A stretch of 64,000 nt of DNA from a virus. Of the stretch, positions 29,701 to 36,952 are shown in pieces. The stretch spans positions 32,001 through 96,000 of the IMG/VR virus record IMGVR_UViG_3300035204_001874, one strand, 5' to 3'. Numbering within the stretch: position 1 is the first letter of the stretch; each line of letters starts with the position of its first letter. The translations under genes and the position numbers were made by a program. The notes under the pieces were generated by a model. It made no database searches, was not told the DNA's origin, and saw nothing but the letters and a program-made list of their open reading frames with translations.

Positions 29701-31025
29701 TAGACAGAATCACTATAACCGAGGAAGTTAGCTTGATCATTAAATGCTGCTCCAGGTCCAGTCGCAGCCCCCAATTGAATATTCGTGCAAGAAGAGCAAG
29801 CTGACACTGCTGTATTTGTTTCTAACGCTCTAGCGTTGCAAATTTTTCCTCTTAATTTAGTTTCGGTAATGCCCGCAATTGGATAGGTTAGCCTAGGGTA
29901 AGCGTTATTTCCTCTTTGGTTCAAAAAAGTTCCTGCGTCATCCAAAAACCAACCTTGGTATAACCCTTGTCCACCCGTATAACAAGTCTGAGTCCTATAA
30001 ACATGGGCTTGCGCGTGCCCATCCATATCTACCGCCGAAGGAAATGGGTTGTCATTATAAAAATTTCCCGCTAAACGAGCGTACACTGAGCCTGGGTGCC
30101 AACCATAAGTCGTTTCAACAAAGTAAACGGACGGTTCAAATTCTGGAGGGCATTCCTCTGAAGGTGCATGAATGGGGTGGACTTCCCCTCTCTTCGTGTC
30201 TTGCGACACCAATGGGCCAGTAGTTGGGAAAGTCGTTCTGATACCCCAATAGGCGCGTTTTTCCTCAATGGACATTTTTTTGCAACACGACCCATAACCT
30301 CCGGGTAATTCTCCAGCTAACATGGACAATTCCGCCATCTGCCCCTCAAGTCCCTCATCGCCCCCTTCTATTGTTAGTGTCGGATTCTCTCCGTAGGGAG
30401 GTTGGTAATACCCCGGCGCATAAAATGCATTATAAAAATTATAATTACCGGATATTCCTTGATTTTCTATGGGCCTTGTCCCGTGGCAAAGCTCAAAAAT
30501 AGGCAATGAATAAGTGTATTCAAAAGTTACAGCTTCTCCTCGACCCTTGGTGCTTGCTATGGCCATGTGGGGGGATTGATAAAAGCTTTGTAATTTTCCT
30601 TCTTTTTTATTGTATTGATGAAAAGCGTCAGGGCCACGATCATTATCAGCAGCAACGTAACCTTGGTATATGAGAGGGAAGGTGCCTTCGCCAGCTATCC
30701 GAGTTACCAAAGCTCCCGTCCAGTAATTATCTACACTGTCGTCGCGAGCGTAACCAAGGGGAACAGATTTGATATTTAGCTGGCTCCAATTTAGCATGTT
30801 AGGCATTGTCCCATCAGGTGGGGAGCCAAGGTTGCCTCTCGTGTCAGATTTGAAATAATTTCCTTTATACTCAATTACGTCATTTAACTGGTAAGTTTCC
30901 CTACTTGACCACTGATAGGTGCCGCCTCCTTTGGGATATATTCTAAGATAGGTGGCCGTAAGAGCCCCCAAGAATTCGGGGGGGAGCTTTGTGCGATAAT
31001 TCTGTATGAACTCTGGTACCTGCAT
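23724..31025 (-). CDS. Large virion-associated protein (2433 aa) with CBM5/12-like module, interrupted Ig-like domain and hydrophobic C-terminus
   Basis: WSSRETYQLNDVIEYKGNYF...P...W; PIFTQQP...G....FRC...QWY...YYF.LASGRFG; nested Cys/Trp modules. Confidence 0.65.
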   Translation of the reverse strand: MQVPEFIQNYRTKLPPEFLGALTATYLRIYPKGGGTYQWSSRETYQLNDVIEYKGNYFKSDTRGNLGSPPDGTMPNMLNWSQLNIKSVPLGYARDDSVDNYWTGALVTRIAGEGTFPLIYQGYVAADNDRGPDAFHQYNKKEGKLQSFYQSPHMAIASTKGRGEAVTFEYTYSLPIFELCHGTRPIENQGISGNYNFYNAFYAPGYYQPPYGENPTLTIEGGDEGLEGQMAELSMLAGELPGGYGSCCKKMSIEEKRAYWGIRTTFPTTGPLVSQDTKRGEVHPIHAPSEECPPEFEPSVYFVETTYGWHPGSVYARLAGNFYNDNPFPSAVDMDGHAQAHVYRTQTCYTGGQGLYQGWFLDDAGTFLNQRGNNAYPRLTYPIAGITETKLRGKICNARALETNTAVSACSSCTNIQLGAATGPGAAFNDQANFLGYSDSVYWHFIFRYNHEEFFNQTENTSSNLVTSFVGMEGKGASMATQNHYWTYRQCPNTIDYLPWSSATPIHACPNEYFDVPYYAAIGKFGFYGARFLNKCGRTSADLSGSTNDGVDDLAYHFYYYRRLDEFKNFPPNNAVDGGNWTSRNAAKILRVEKQFDSGPSFEARNKAKTQYLKYKIIKIDEECYVLNADSDPQEERDALNNAWDIEIGSTAGSTNASSTCWGDSSLPQEDCHSYCTPTNDIHGNEITAEWNCEGFGGGRCYVKGVEQPGVTQFWCNVRKEQWVAGQWNVRKWQLSCDNQPNQISSPNPGVPLAGGVIPVAGDIPRDWPLNISDCNCCDGVGNEIPPGSVNNTTAAYIEPPVLNSSCSEDDYRTLLKVAKSEQRASEWFAGNIGFFIWANWPLIVASNEWKKDLVGDGSEGFKRALSRLKDDFDYHLGGTKEHFLKSVEVGTCWSLASNQMLPQYTDEVTCKANLGKWKNSDLILFKGGGGPDELFQSGPLTYSIDSDRSDILFTNERYERFTRELQDDRRNNVFCNGEKAINAWNHILKNFCSYVVEVPGKADEDFYRRLIESRERRLLTRYVENHNRGMATDLFPLSQITFAVDHMTGYLNDNHWGRATVDSAQTVDDMPEVERRYFQGVYASKDLVTGIQDIVQLQAGANHFFYGGMYNNVNCGGDLPRKSYNISASIIGKIKDAAIKRSPWRLQGMGGVGKLDPNFSCFTPIFTQQPLDAVCKIGQSPTFRCDVVDYHTIPEDKVGKGYPEIDFWVNNLKLVDPDGQSLYPIDMQWYRIHKSKLDTNDPALTNVSSPLDDAIGGNKAMLSVLEYAEPASLEGNWACIEGRGGRGTKDCTLFHPYESVAESHVDEYQGNEAQFLKNAGNPNTCKWPNTPKINQDAMLTAGTIAQGDAEWPPEAYCNYRPEEIGLHGTFTHCANNASPCAGGNPDVTTLWVSGSVNLEETHNGANNQTSSYVLTKGNVVNGNTTYTVGYGTFGYKLDCEGIVYQNPKNGGWFESISCDGLKPGADMDSYTVKTGRNTASMIFQKGAKGYGSDDPDEEYYYFALASGRFGMRRSEYANLETENWLRMDVSVRNGSPAEGTLGLGISVNPWFGKKDFTSVSFVPGLFGAGEQLGANMKWQGIPGAAGNKVMPFAGITRDPNAAWENTWRTYMNLSNNCESFAPVGMENFRGTTRTYQPPVQTDIRGTRADQASYFEYGLLYPFGLMLDANQKGSQSVGDLIYGYQHLPKCKNYEMYPGNKGPRLSLTFNGSAIRHFSVRDPAVLCDHNPPGLKPRQLFHHGEFYPWPETDSYRDYPELMIGYWGMGTAWQFSNLLGKIPRFGKAGYHETKGLGQGKIFKYEAADTDDVYYWGGERSGTRERNFKDAQRLIGGTTLAGSNCGWCGHGEPIPGSEINARSGSAGRFMLYFVENHQRVWLACNGKGTKRTANHSYIAPGLRRGSSAIQFFWGGKPYNTYLKREPMYGPYAFEWKTMNHNRDRNGNGLSEAFYSAGHNRQIHLYDPPAIYGLYLKQQGKKISAKVKWMKDTRKKAFGAGYNTKGLRFGRHGMKTGCGTIRLHCVDDRREEPGSPLVSHPLTHGDPRCTYYYYGKNLGVDPGKNYGCDNLQLMAGLCFDPCLSMKYNYGFFPGGKLLALSNYVKFKRTLVKEAQPSIGFDKYIIQISADHRYKDETISYTAHPGMGPKPVRGGYRRIMRGPWATPYKLVRESILADLKGNNLTKYKKFDHQKRLAIGTQCKMPAWYSRADYSIEKRSNTYINKKYAEYLGTEVSPCTSRGADHCNYLTATCHLGMDSIVVGQQDVFAHWGAALAGKFEDSKEFNATQELANAVMEGLAEAGKAALSAATIAGGAAALICFPVGVGWKIGIVVGGVVTRWVIVDGPKATNQEAWFVVRDMLGGAVLHDRVQMKACVNKCWKDTKPPAPDSTPDWQTLSEREAAKRSQEASRIMMECGINCTIADAYEAAGGNNPLGGLE

Positions 31026-31033
31026 CTTTTCCC

Positions 31034-31061
31034 TTGACTTTTCCTTCTACCCCTGTATAAT
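31034..31061 (+). promoter_or_regulatory. Sigma70-type promoter
   Basis: TTGACT (31034-31039), 16 bp, TATAAT (31056-31061); ATG at 31072. Confidence 0.75.
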
Positions 31062-31067
31062 TACACC
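31055..31067 (-). promoter_or_regulatory. GGTGTAAT motif, candidate phage-sigma (late) promoter
   Basis: GGTGTAATTATAC about 30 nt upstream of ATG 31025, followed by a purine-rich leader. Confidence 0.55.
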
Positions 31068-31071
31068 TATT

Positions 31072-31644
31072 ATGATACAGTTTTATAAGCCTAATGCTAA
31101 AAATATGGGGGCTGCTTGCTCGTTTTGGTATAGCCCGCAAAATAAAGCATTCTTTGCGTCTATCATACGTCAAGCCTCTTGGGATGCTAAAAGCAGAACT
31201 GGTTCTTTTCGAAAAAATAAAGATAATCCACAAAAAAACGTTAAAATTAAATTAAATTTAAATGAAGTTGGTGGAATATTAGACTGTTTAGAGAATTGTA
31301 GAGAATTTGAAGGATATCACAACAGTCCACAGGCGGAACATATTACCAGAATGAAATTCGCCCCCTATATGAAGGAAGGTAACCAATTAGGACATATCTT
31401 TATGGCAACGAAAGAGCCAAAAGATGACCCCTCAGAAAAGGTATCTTTTAGTATAGCTCTAAACTTTGGAGAATCTATCGCTCTCCGTCAGTGCTTGCTA
31501 TTTATGATTGATACCCTATTCTCTGATAAGGTTGCGGAGATTAAAAGTAAAGATAACTCCAAAACTCAGAAATATCAAAAAACCGCCGCCCCCAAAGAGG
31601 AAAAAGCAGCATCTCCAGTTGATATAGATGACATCGTGTTTTAA
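31072..31644 (+). CDS. Whirly/PC4-fold-like single-stranded DNA-binding protein
   Basis: Collinear similarity to the Whirly pattern (FYK..., KLNLNEVGGIL, EFEGYH, MKFAP...GHIF, IALNFGE) and an SSB-like tail DIDDIVF. Confidence 0.65.
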   Translation: MIQFYKPNAKNMGAACSFWYSPQNKAFFASIIRQASWDAKSRTGSFRKNKDNPQKNVKIKLNLNEVGGILDCLENCREFEGYHNSPQAEHITRMKFAPYMKEGNQLGHIFMATKEPKDDPSEKVSFSIALNFGESIALRQCLLFMIDTLFSDKVAEIKSKDNSKTQKYQKTAAPKEEKAASPVDIDDIVF

Positions 31645-33555
31645 ATGAAAAAGAAAAAAATACTTTTCCAAACTGATTACTGTTTGGCAAAGACTGGCTT
31701 CGGGCGTAATGCAAAAATCTTGCTTGAATACCTGTACAGAACGGGCAAGTACGACTTAGTCCATTACGTAGTTGGTCTAAATTATTCTAATCCCGAACTG
31801 AAGCGGACTCCTTGGAAATCTGTTGGGTGTTTACCTGACAGCCAGCAAGAAATGCAAGAGCTTCAAAAAGACCCAAACGTAGCGAGATTGGCCAGTTACG
31901 GGTCTCACTACATAGATAGAGTTATTCAAGAAGAGAAGCCAGATATTTATATGGCAACTCAAGATATCTGGGGCGTAGACTTCGCAATAGGGAAAAAATG
32001 GTGGAATAAAATCACCTCTGTTATCTGGACGACTTTGGATTCTCTCCCAATTCTTCCTACCGCAGTAGAGAAGGCTAGAAAAATAAAAAACTATTGGATA
32101 TGGAGTAATTTTGCAGTCAAAGCTTTACATAAGCTTGGTCACAAGCATGTCAAACAGGTTTCTGGGGTCGTTCATGAAAAAGAGTTCTATCGATTAAAAG
32201 ATTCCGAAAGGAAAAACCTAAGAAAAAAACACGGAATACCACAAGACGCTTTCGTAATCGGCTTTGTTTTTAGAAATCAGCTTAGAAAATCCGTACCAAA
32301 TCTTTTGCAGGGGTACAAAAAATTCAAAGAAAAAAACCCTAACAAAAAAACATTTTTACTTTTTCATACCCACTTTGGTGAAGGCTGGAATATCCATAGA
32401 TTAGCTGATGAACATGGAGTTAACAAAAAAGAAATACTAACCACCTACGTATGTAAGGCTTGTTTAAATTACGAAGTTAAGCCTTTTACAAAGCAGGACA
32501 TTGATTGCAAAATTTGTTCAGCTAAAAAATCTCAAGTGACAACGAGTCCACAAGTGGGAGTGGATGAGCCTCAACTCAATCAAGTTTATAATTTAATGGA
32601 CGTTTACGCTCACCCATTCACATCAGGTGGTCAAGAAATCCCAATACAGGAGGCTAAACTAACAGAATTAATCACCCTCGTTACCAACTACAGTTGCGGA
32701 GAAGATATGTGTGTACCCGAAGCTAAATCATTAGCTTTAGATTGGGCTGAGTACAGAGAACCAGGAACAGAATTTATCAAAGCTTCTACCTGTCCAGAGT
32801 CTATATCAAAACAGCTTCAAAAGGTCGTGGAGATGGACCCTAATCAAAGAAAAAAAGAGGGAGAAAAAGCTAGGGAGTGGACCATAAATAATTATTCTAT
32901 TAATGTGATTGGGCCTTTATTTGAAAAGTTCATCGATGAATCGCCCTTTACTGATTATGACTTTTCGCAAAAAGAAGAAGAAAAAGACCCCCACTATCAG
33001 CCCCCCTCAAATTTAAGCGATGAAGAGTGGATTCTTGAAATGTACCATAAAATTCTGAAGATGAGAGACGTTGATAATCAAGATGAAGGGTTTAAATACT
33101 GGATGGCGGAAATAGATAAAGGGACCGATAGGAGAAATATTGAAAACTTTTTCCGTCAAACAGCCGTAAAAGATAACCAAAAAAATCAAAAAGTAGATTT
33201 TGCTGACATCTTAGGCAAAGACGACAAAGGCAAAAGGGTTCTTTATGTGATGCCAGAAAGCATTGGTGACGTTTATAATTCTACAAGCTTATTTAAATCA
33301 ATAAAAGAAACCTATCCAAACTACAATTTATATGTCGCAACTCAACCGCAGTACTTTGAGATACTAGAAGGTAACCCTTTCATTTATAAAATAATACCTT
33401 ACACACCCCAAATGGACAACTTGTTGTGGCTAGAGGGCTCTGGGGAACATGACGGCTATTTTGAGATAGCGTTTTTAGCTCACTTAGGAACGCAGAGGAT
33501 GTTAAATTACCTACATAACGGTAAAGATAAAATCGCTTACGAATTAAAAAATTAA
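31645..33555 (+). CDS. Multidomain glycosyltransferase: GT4-like with CxxC insert, DUF4214-like helical domain and GT9 N-terminal lobe
   Basis: KTGFGR, FVIGFVFRNQLRK, YNLMDVYAHPFTSGGQEIPIQEA; CKAC...CKIC; LSDEEW..MY..IL.....EGFKYW; VLYVMPESIGDV. Confidence 0.8.
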   Translation: MKKKKILFQTDYCLAKTGFGRNAKILLEYLYRTGKYDLVHYVVGLNYSNPELKRTPWKSVGCLPDSQQEMQELQKDPNVARLASYGSHYIDRVIQEEKPDIYMATQDIWGVDFAIGKKWWNKITSVIWTTLDSLPILPTAVEKARKIKNYWIWSNFAVKALHKLGHKHVKQVSGVVHEKEFYRLKDSERKNLRKKHGIPQDAFVIGFVFRNQLRKSVPNLLQGYKKFKEKNPNKKTFLLFHTHFGEGWNIHRLADEHGVNKKEILTTYVCKACLNYEVKPFTKQDIDCKICSAKKSQVTTSPQVGVDEPQLNQVYNLMDVYAHPFTSGGQEIPIQEAKLTELITLVTNYSCGEDMCVPEAKSLALDWAEYREPGTEFIKASTCPESISKQLQKVVEMDPNQRKKEGEKAREWTINNYSINVIGPLFEKFIDESPFTDYDFSQKEEEKDPHYQPPSNLSDEEWILEMYHKILKMRDVDNQDEGFKYWMAEIDKGTDRRNIENFFRQTAVKDNQKNQKVDFADILGKDDKGKRVLYVMPESIGDVYNSTSLFKSIKETYPNYNLYVATQPQYFEILEGNPFIYKIIPYTPQMDNLLWLEGSGEHDGYFEIAFLAHLGTQRMLNYLHNGKDKIAYELKN

Positions 33556-33556
33556 A

Positions 33557-34726
33557 ATGCACCAATTAGAATCATACGCTTTGTCTTGTGGGGTTAAAAT
33601 CGATAAGCCTTATATGTACGAACACTATTTTCCGATACCAACTGATTCTGAATATATCACGATCCAAAGAGAAGCTAAGTTTCCGTCTAGGCAATACCAA
33701 AGTTGGCAGCAAGTAATTGATTTAATCCACCCAATTTTGGAGAGGAACAATTTAAAAATATTACAGATTGGATCAAAAGAGGATAAGCCTCTAAAAAAAG
33801 TAATCAATCTTTCAGGCACCACCACTCTGAAACAGGCTAATTATATTATAAAAAATGCAAGTCTTCACCTAGGTATTGATAGTTTTGCTATCCATATGGC
33901 CTCCGCCCTAGATAAAAAAATCGTTGGATTATATTCCAACATGTTACCAGAAAACTCTGGTCCCTATTGGTCTGATCCTGAAAAATGTAAAATAATTGTT
34001 TCTCCTAGGGGAACGAAGAGGCCAAGCTATTCATTTGATGAGAGCCCCAGAACAATAAACAATATAAAGCCCGAGGAAGTCGCGAAAGCGGTCTGTGACT
34101 TACTTGATTTAAATTTTAAAAAGCCATACGAGACGATACACATTGGAGAAAGGTATCACGAAGAGCCCTTCTTGGTATTTTCTCCTAAATCTGTGCATTT
34201 TGTAGAAGGAAATGATAAACCGCTTGAATACAGAATGGATTACCATTTTAATGAAGAAAATCTTATCAAGCAATTGCAAATTTCTAAGTGTGGTATCGTA
34301 ACGGATAAGCCTATTAATCTCAAAATATTAGAAAGATATCGCCCCAATATAGCTCACTTAATTTACCAAATTGAGGAGCACGATAACCCTAAATTTATAA
34401 GTCACGCTCGTAAATTGGGCATTAATGTCATGCTGGTCTCTCGGCTTTCAGACGAAAAAATAAGTGATAAAAAAATAAATTATTATGATGTGGCAAGAAT
34501 CAACCACATAGAAGAACCAGAGGAAGAGTTGGTGGCGAAGCTTGAAAAGTTAGATAATTTATTTTATAAATCAAATAAGGTTATAATGTCTGAGCGGCAG
34601 ACCTTTTCAAGTTTTCCCAAGTATCAAAAGGGTACGCCTTCCATGGGTAATTTTGAGGCTGTAGAGTGCTCTGAGAGATTTTTTGATGATTTAGACCACT
34701 TTCATATAGTTAAAATGCTTGACTAG
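33557..34726 (+). CDS. GT9 (heptosyltransferase)-like C-terminal lobe plus unknown domain
   Basis: RQYQSWQQVI, ILQIG, NLSGTTTLKQ..YIIKNASLHLGIDSFAIHMASALDKKIVGLY. Confidence 0.8.
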   Translation: MHQLESYALSCGVKIDKPYMYEHYFPIPTDSEYITIQREAKFPSRQYQSWQQVIDLIHPILERNNLKILQIGSKEDKPLKKVINLSGTTTLKQANYIIKNASLHLGIDSFAIHMASALDKKIVGLYSNMLPENSGPYWSDPEKCKIIVSPRGTKRPSYSFDESPRTINNIKPEEVAKAVCDLLDLNFKKPYETIHIGERYHEEPFLVFSPKSVHFVEGNDKPLEYRMDYHFNEENLIKQLQISKCGIVTDKPINLKILERYRPNIAHLIYQIEEHDNPKFISHARKLGINVMLVSRLSDEKISDKKINYYDVARINHIEEPEEELVAKLEKLDNLFYKSNKVIMSERQTFSSFPKYQKGTPSMGNFEAVECSERFFDDLDHFHIVKMLD

Positions 34727-34746
34727 CTAAAAGGTCTTGCTATAAT
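34719..34746 (+). promoter_or_regulatory. Sigma70-type extended -10 promoter, leaderless
   Basis: TTGACT (34719-34724), 16 bp, TGcTATAAT (-10 at 34741-34746); ATG at 34753. Confidence 0.8.
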
Positions 34747-34752
34747 TTCTTC

Positions 34753-35460
34753 ATGGCGACCAAAAAAATAAAAAGCCAATTCATTAAAAGGGGTGCCGAT
34801 GGATTGATTAGTGGGGCTGATTACGTCTTTAACGAAGACGGAGCAATCGATTGGAGAGCGATGGTCAAAGCTCAATATCTTGTCCCAGACAGAAACAAGA
34901 CTCAAGAAACTGACGTAACCTTACTTCCAGACAGCCAACTTATCATTCTCCTCGGTGGCATTAAAGAGCTCGCCCAAATTAGGGGGTATACTTCTGTAAA
35001 GTATGCGGTAAAATGCCCCAGTCCAGAATACGTCGTAGCTACTTGCTCTATCGATTGGGTTCCCAACTATGAAACAGAAGGGCATGTTATCACTTTTTCA
35101 GCGATAGGAGATGCTTCGCCTAACAACACCAAAAGTTTTGCAAAAAACTTCCTTGGCCCTATCGCTGAAAATCGAGCTTTTGTAAGGTGCGTCAGAAACT
35201 TTCTTAAAATTAATATCGTTTCCCAAGAAGAGCTTCCAGAAAACAAAGCAAACCAAACTTACCCTGAGCAGCATCAAGCGGCTGTTGGCCCTCATTCGCT
35301 TTTGGAATCAGCGATGAGAGAAAAAAAAGTGACCCTAGCAAACGTGAAAAAAAGACTAGAAGATGAAGACTACGACGGAGCTACGGACATTTCTACTATC
35401 TCAGACATACCCAAGGTAAAAGTCTTTGAGTTAATAGAAAGAATTAAGAAGGTTCCTTAA
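34753..35460 (+). CDS. Putative Rad52/Erf-like single-strand annealing protein
   Basis: GGIKELA..RG, GDASPNN, IAENRAFVRCVRNFLKINIVSQEEL resemble the 'A.tRA..RalR....I.....EE' motif of phage SSAP-like proteins. Confidence 0.5.
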   Translation: MATKKIKSQFIKRGADGLISGADYVFNEDGAIDWRAMVKAQYLVPDRNKTQETDVTLLPDSQLIILLGGIKELAQIRGYTSVKYAVKCPSPEYVVATCSIDWVPNYETEGHVITFSAIGDASPNNTKSFAKNFLGPIAENRAFVRCVRNFLKINIVSQEELPENKANQTYPEQHQAAVGPHSLLESAMREKKVTLANVKKRLEDEDYDGATDISTISDIPKVKVFELIERIKKVP

Positions 35461-35654
35461 GGACGCCTTGATCTTGATTCTCTTTGTCTTCTGATTTCTT
35501 GTGCGCGTTTGGCAATTATTTCCCGAGCTTCAACCATTTTTGGCCAATAGCTGGGGTCTTGCTCTGCCCTTTTTAAGATTTCCTCATCGCACCCACATTG
35601 GCAACGCGGGTCTTCACACATTTTGTGAACTAAGTCTTTATCTGGTAATTTCAT
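35457..35654 (-). CDS. Small Cys-containing hypothetical protein
   Basis: 65 aa with CEDPRCQCGC; last gene of the minus-strand operon; its stop shares TTAA with the convergent gene. Confidence 0.55.
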   Translation of the reverse strand: MKLPDKDLVHKMCEDPRCQCGCDEEILKRAEQDPSYWPKMVEAREIIAKRAQEIRRQRESRSRRP

Positions 35655-35666
35655 TTTATTTAATTT

Positions 35667-36950
35667 TTATGGATTAAGGTTTTGTTGATCGGCTACAACC
35701 GAATAACTTGGCTGATATAAAATTGCACCAGCTTGTCTAGTTTTGGGTGTTGGAAATTGGTTTGGACTAGCTATGACTAGTGGCATACATTCGTCTAACG
35801 TAAGTCTTTGTTTGTTGTCTGTATTTGTATCTTCCATTACCACACAAGTCTTAAGGATGTTTTGACCTAAGAACCCCCCTTGTCGAGCCATTAGGTCTGG
35901 GTAAGCTACTCCATCTGGATCGACACCATTCCCTTGGTATTTCTGAGTACCACTTCTCAAACGATCAACGGTGCTCGCGTTATCTGGATTACAAATTCCT
36001 AGAGCGTAATGATATAAATAGTAATGCAAAATCATCCAGTAGTGATGTTCCCCAACGGCTGGATCATTCATCGTTCTACTAGGGTTTGGCGGAGTCCAAA
36101 ATCCACCGAAGTTCCTACACTCCATCTCATGAAAAATAATTTTTTTAGTGTGAGGGTTTATTATGCTACAGGTTCCAATTGCTTTGGGGGCCAAATAGCT
36201 GCTGTCAGCAGGATATAAAGGCTTTAACTGCTTCCAGAGATCATCAGCCGTATTTCTTTTTATTTCTTTTTGGGTCAGAGAGTTGTAAATTACTCCATCT
36301 ACTACTTTCACGCTGCTCGGTGGGCCATAATCTGACCAAAAACCGTCAGAATATTTTGCTTCGTCTGTCGGAGCAATCGCAATTTTATCTTTATTTCCCT
36401 TGTGTCCAACTCCCCCATATAATTTGTCAAATTCACCATAGGTATCATAACCAAAAGCTGAAACAAAAAAATCGGTCTCATGTGGGGTTTCGTGCTGAAC
36501 GAGCTTACGGCAAGTAAGTATTTCGCCAACGGTATATGGCCTATTTATTTTGGGGATAGTATTAATACTATAAAAGCCCGCTCTGCCAACGCTAATATTT
36601 CCAGAGTAGTCCTTTCTTCTTGTGCCTTGGTAATCGTTAGCTTTTGTATCTGGGGCTCCCTCACAACTAATCCATAAATGCTCCGGTCTTTTAACTAAAT
36701 AAAAAACTTTTCCAAATTTATCATTCGTAACTACCCTGTTAGCTGACTCTTTTTCACAAATAACAAACCTACTTAATATATCAAAGTGAGTGTCCTCCGT
36801 TGTTCCAGGGTCACCTGGGTTTGCAACAACCTTCAGGCTAAACGTCTGGTCTTTGTCTTTGCGATCATTTTCATTTTTGTTAGTTTTTTCTCTCTCCTTT
36901 AGGTTGAGCTTCTGAACTTTTGGATCGGTATTTTTAAAACTGCTTGACAT
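35667..36950 (-). CDS. Hypothetical protein in tail operon
   Basis: 427-aa ORF closely coupled to its neighbours; no recognisable motif. Confidence 0.7.
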   Translation of the reverse strand: MSSSFKNTDPKVQKLNLKEREKTNKNENDRKDKDQTFSLKVVANPGDPGTTEDTHFDILSRFVICEKESANRVVTNDKFGKVFYLVKRPEHLWISCEGAPDTKANDYQGTRRKDYSGNISVGRAGFYSINTIPKINRPYTVGEILTCRKLVQHETPHETDFFVSAFGYDTYGEFDKLYGGVGHKGNKDKIAIAPTDEAKYSDGFWSDYGPPSSVKVVDGVIYNSLTQKEIKRNTADDLWKQLKPLYPADSSYLAPKAIGTCSIINPHTKKIIFHEMECRNFGGFWTPPNPSRTMNDPAVGEHHYWMILHYYLYHYALGICNPDNASTVDRLRSGTQKYQGNGVDPDGVAYPDLMARQGGFLGQNILKTCVVMEDTNTDNKQRLTLDECMPLVIASPNQFPTPKTRQAGAILYQPSYSVVADQQNLNP

Positions 36951-36952
36951 TT

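Noticed and set aside
33544-33559. Programmed -1 frameshift at A-AAA-AAT fusing the two GT9 halves
   Set aside because: The downstream gene is in the +1 frame and has its own coupled ATG.
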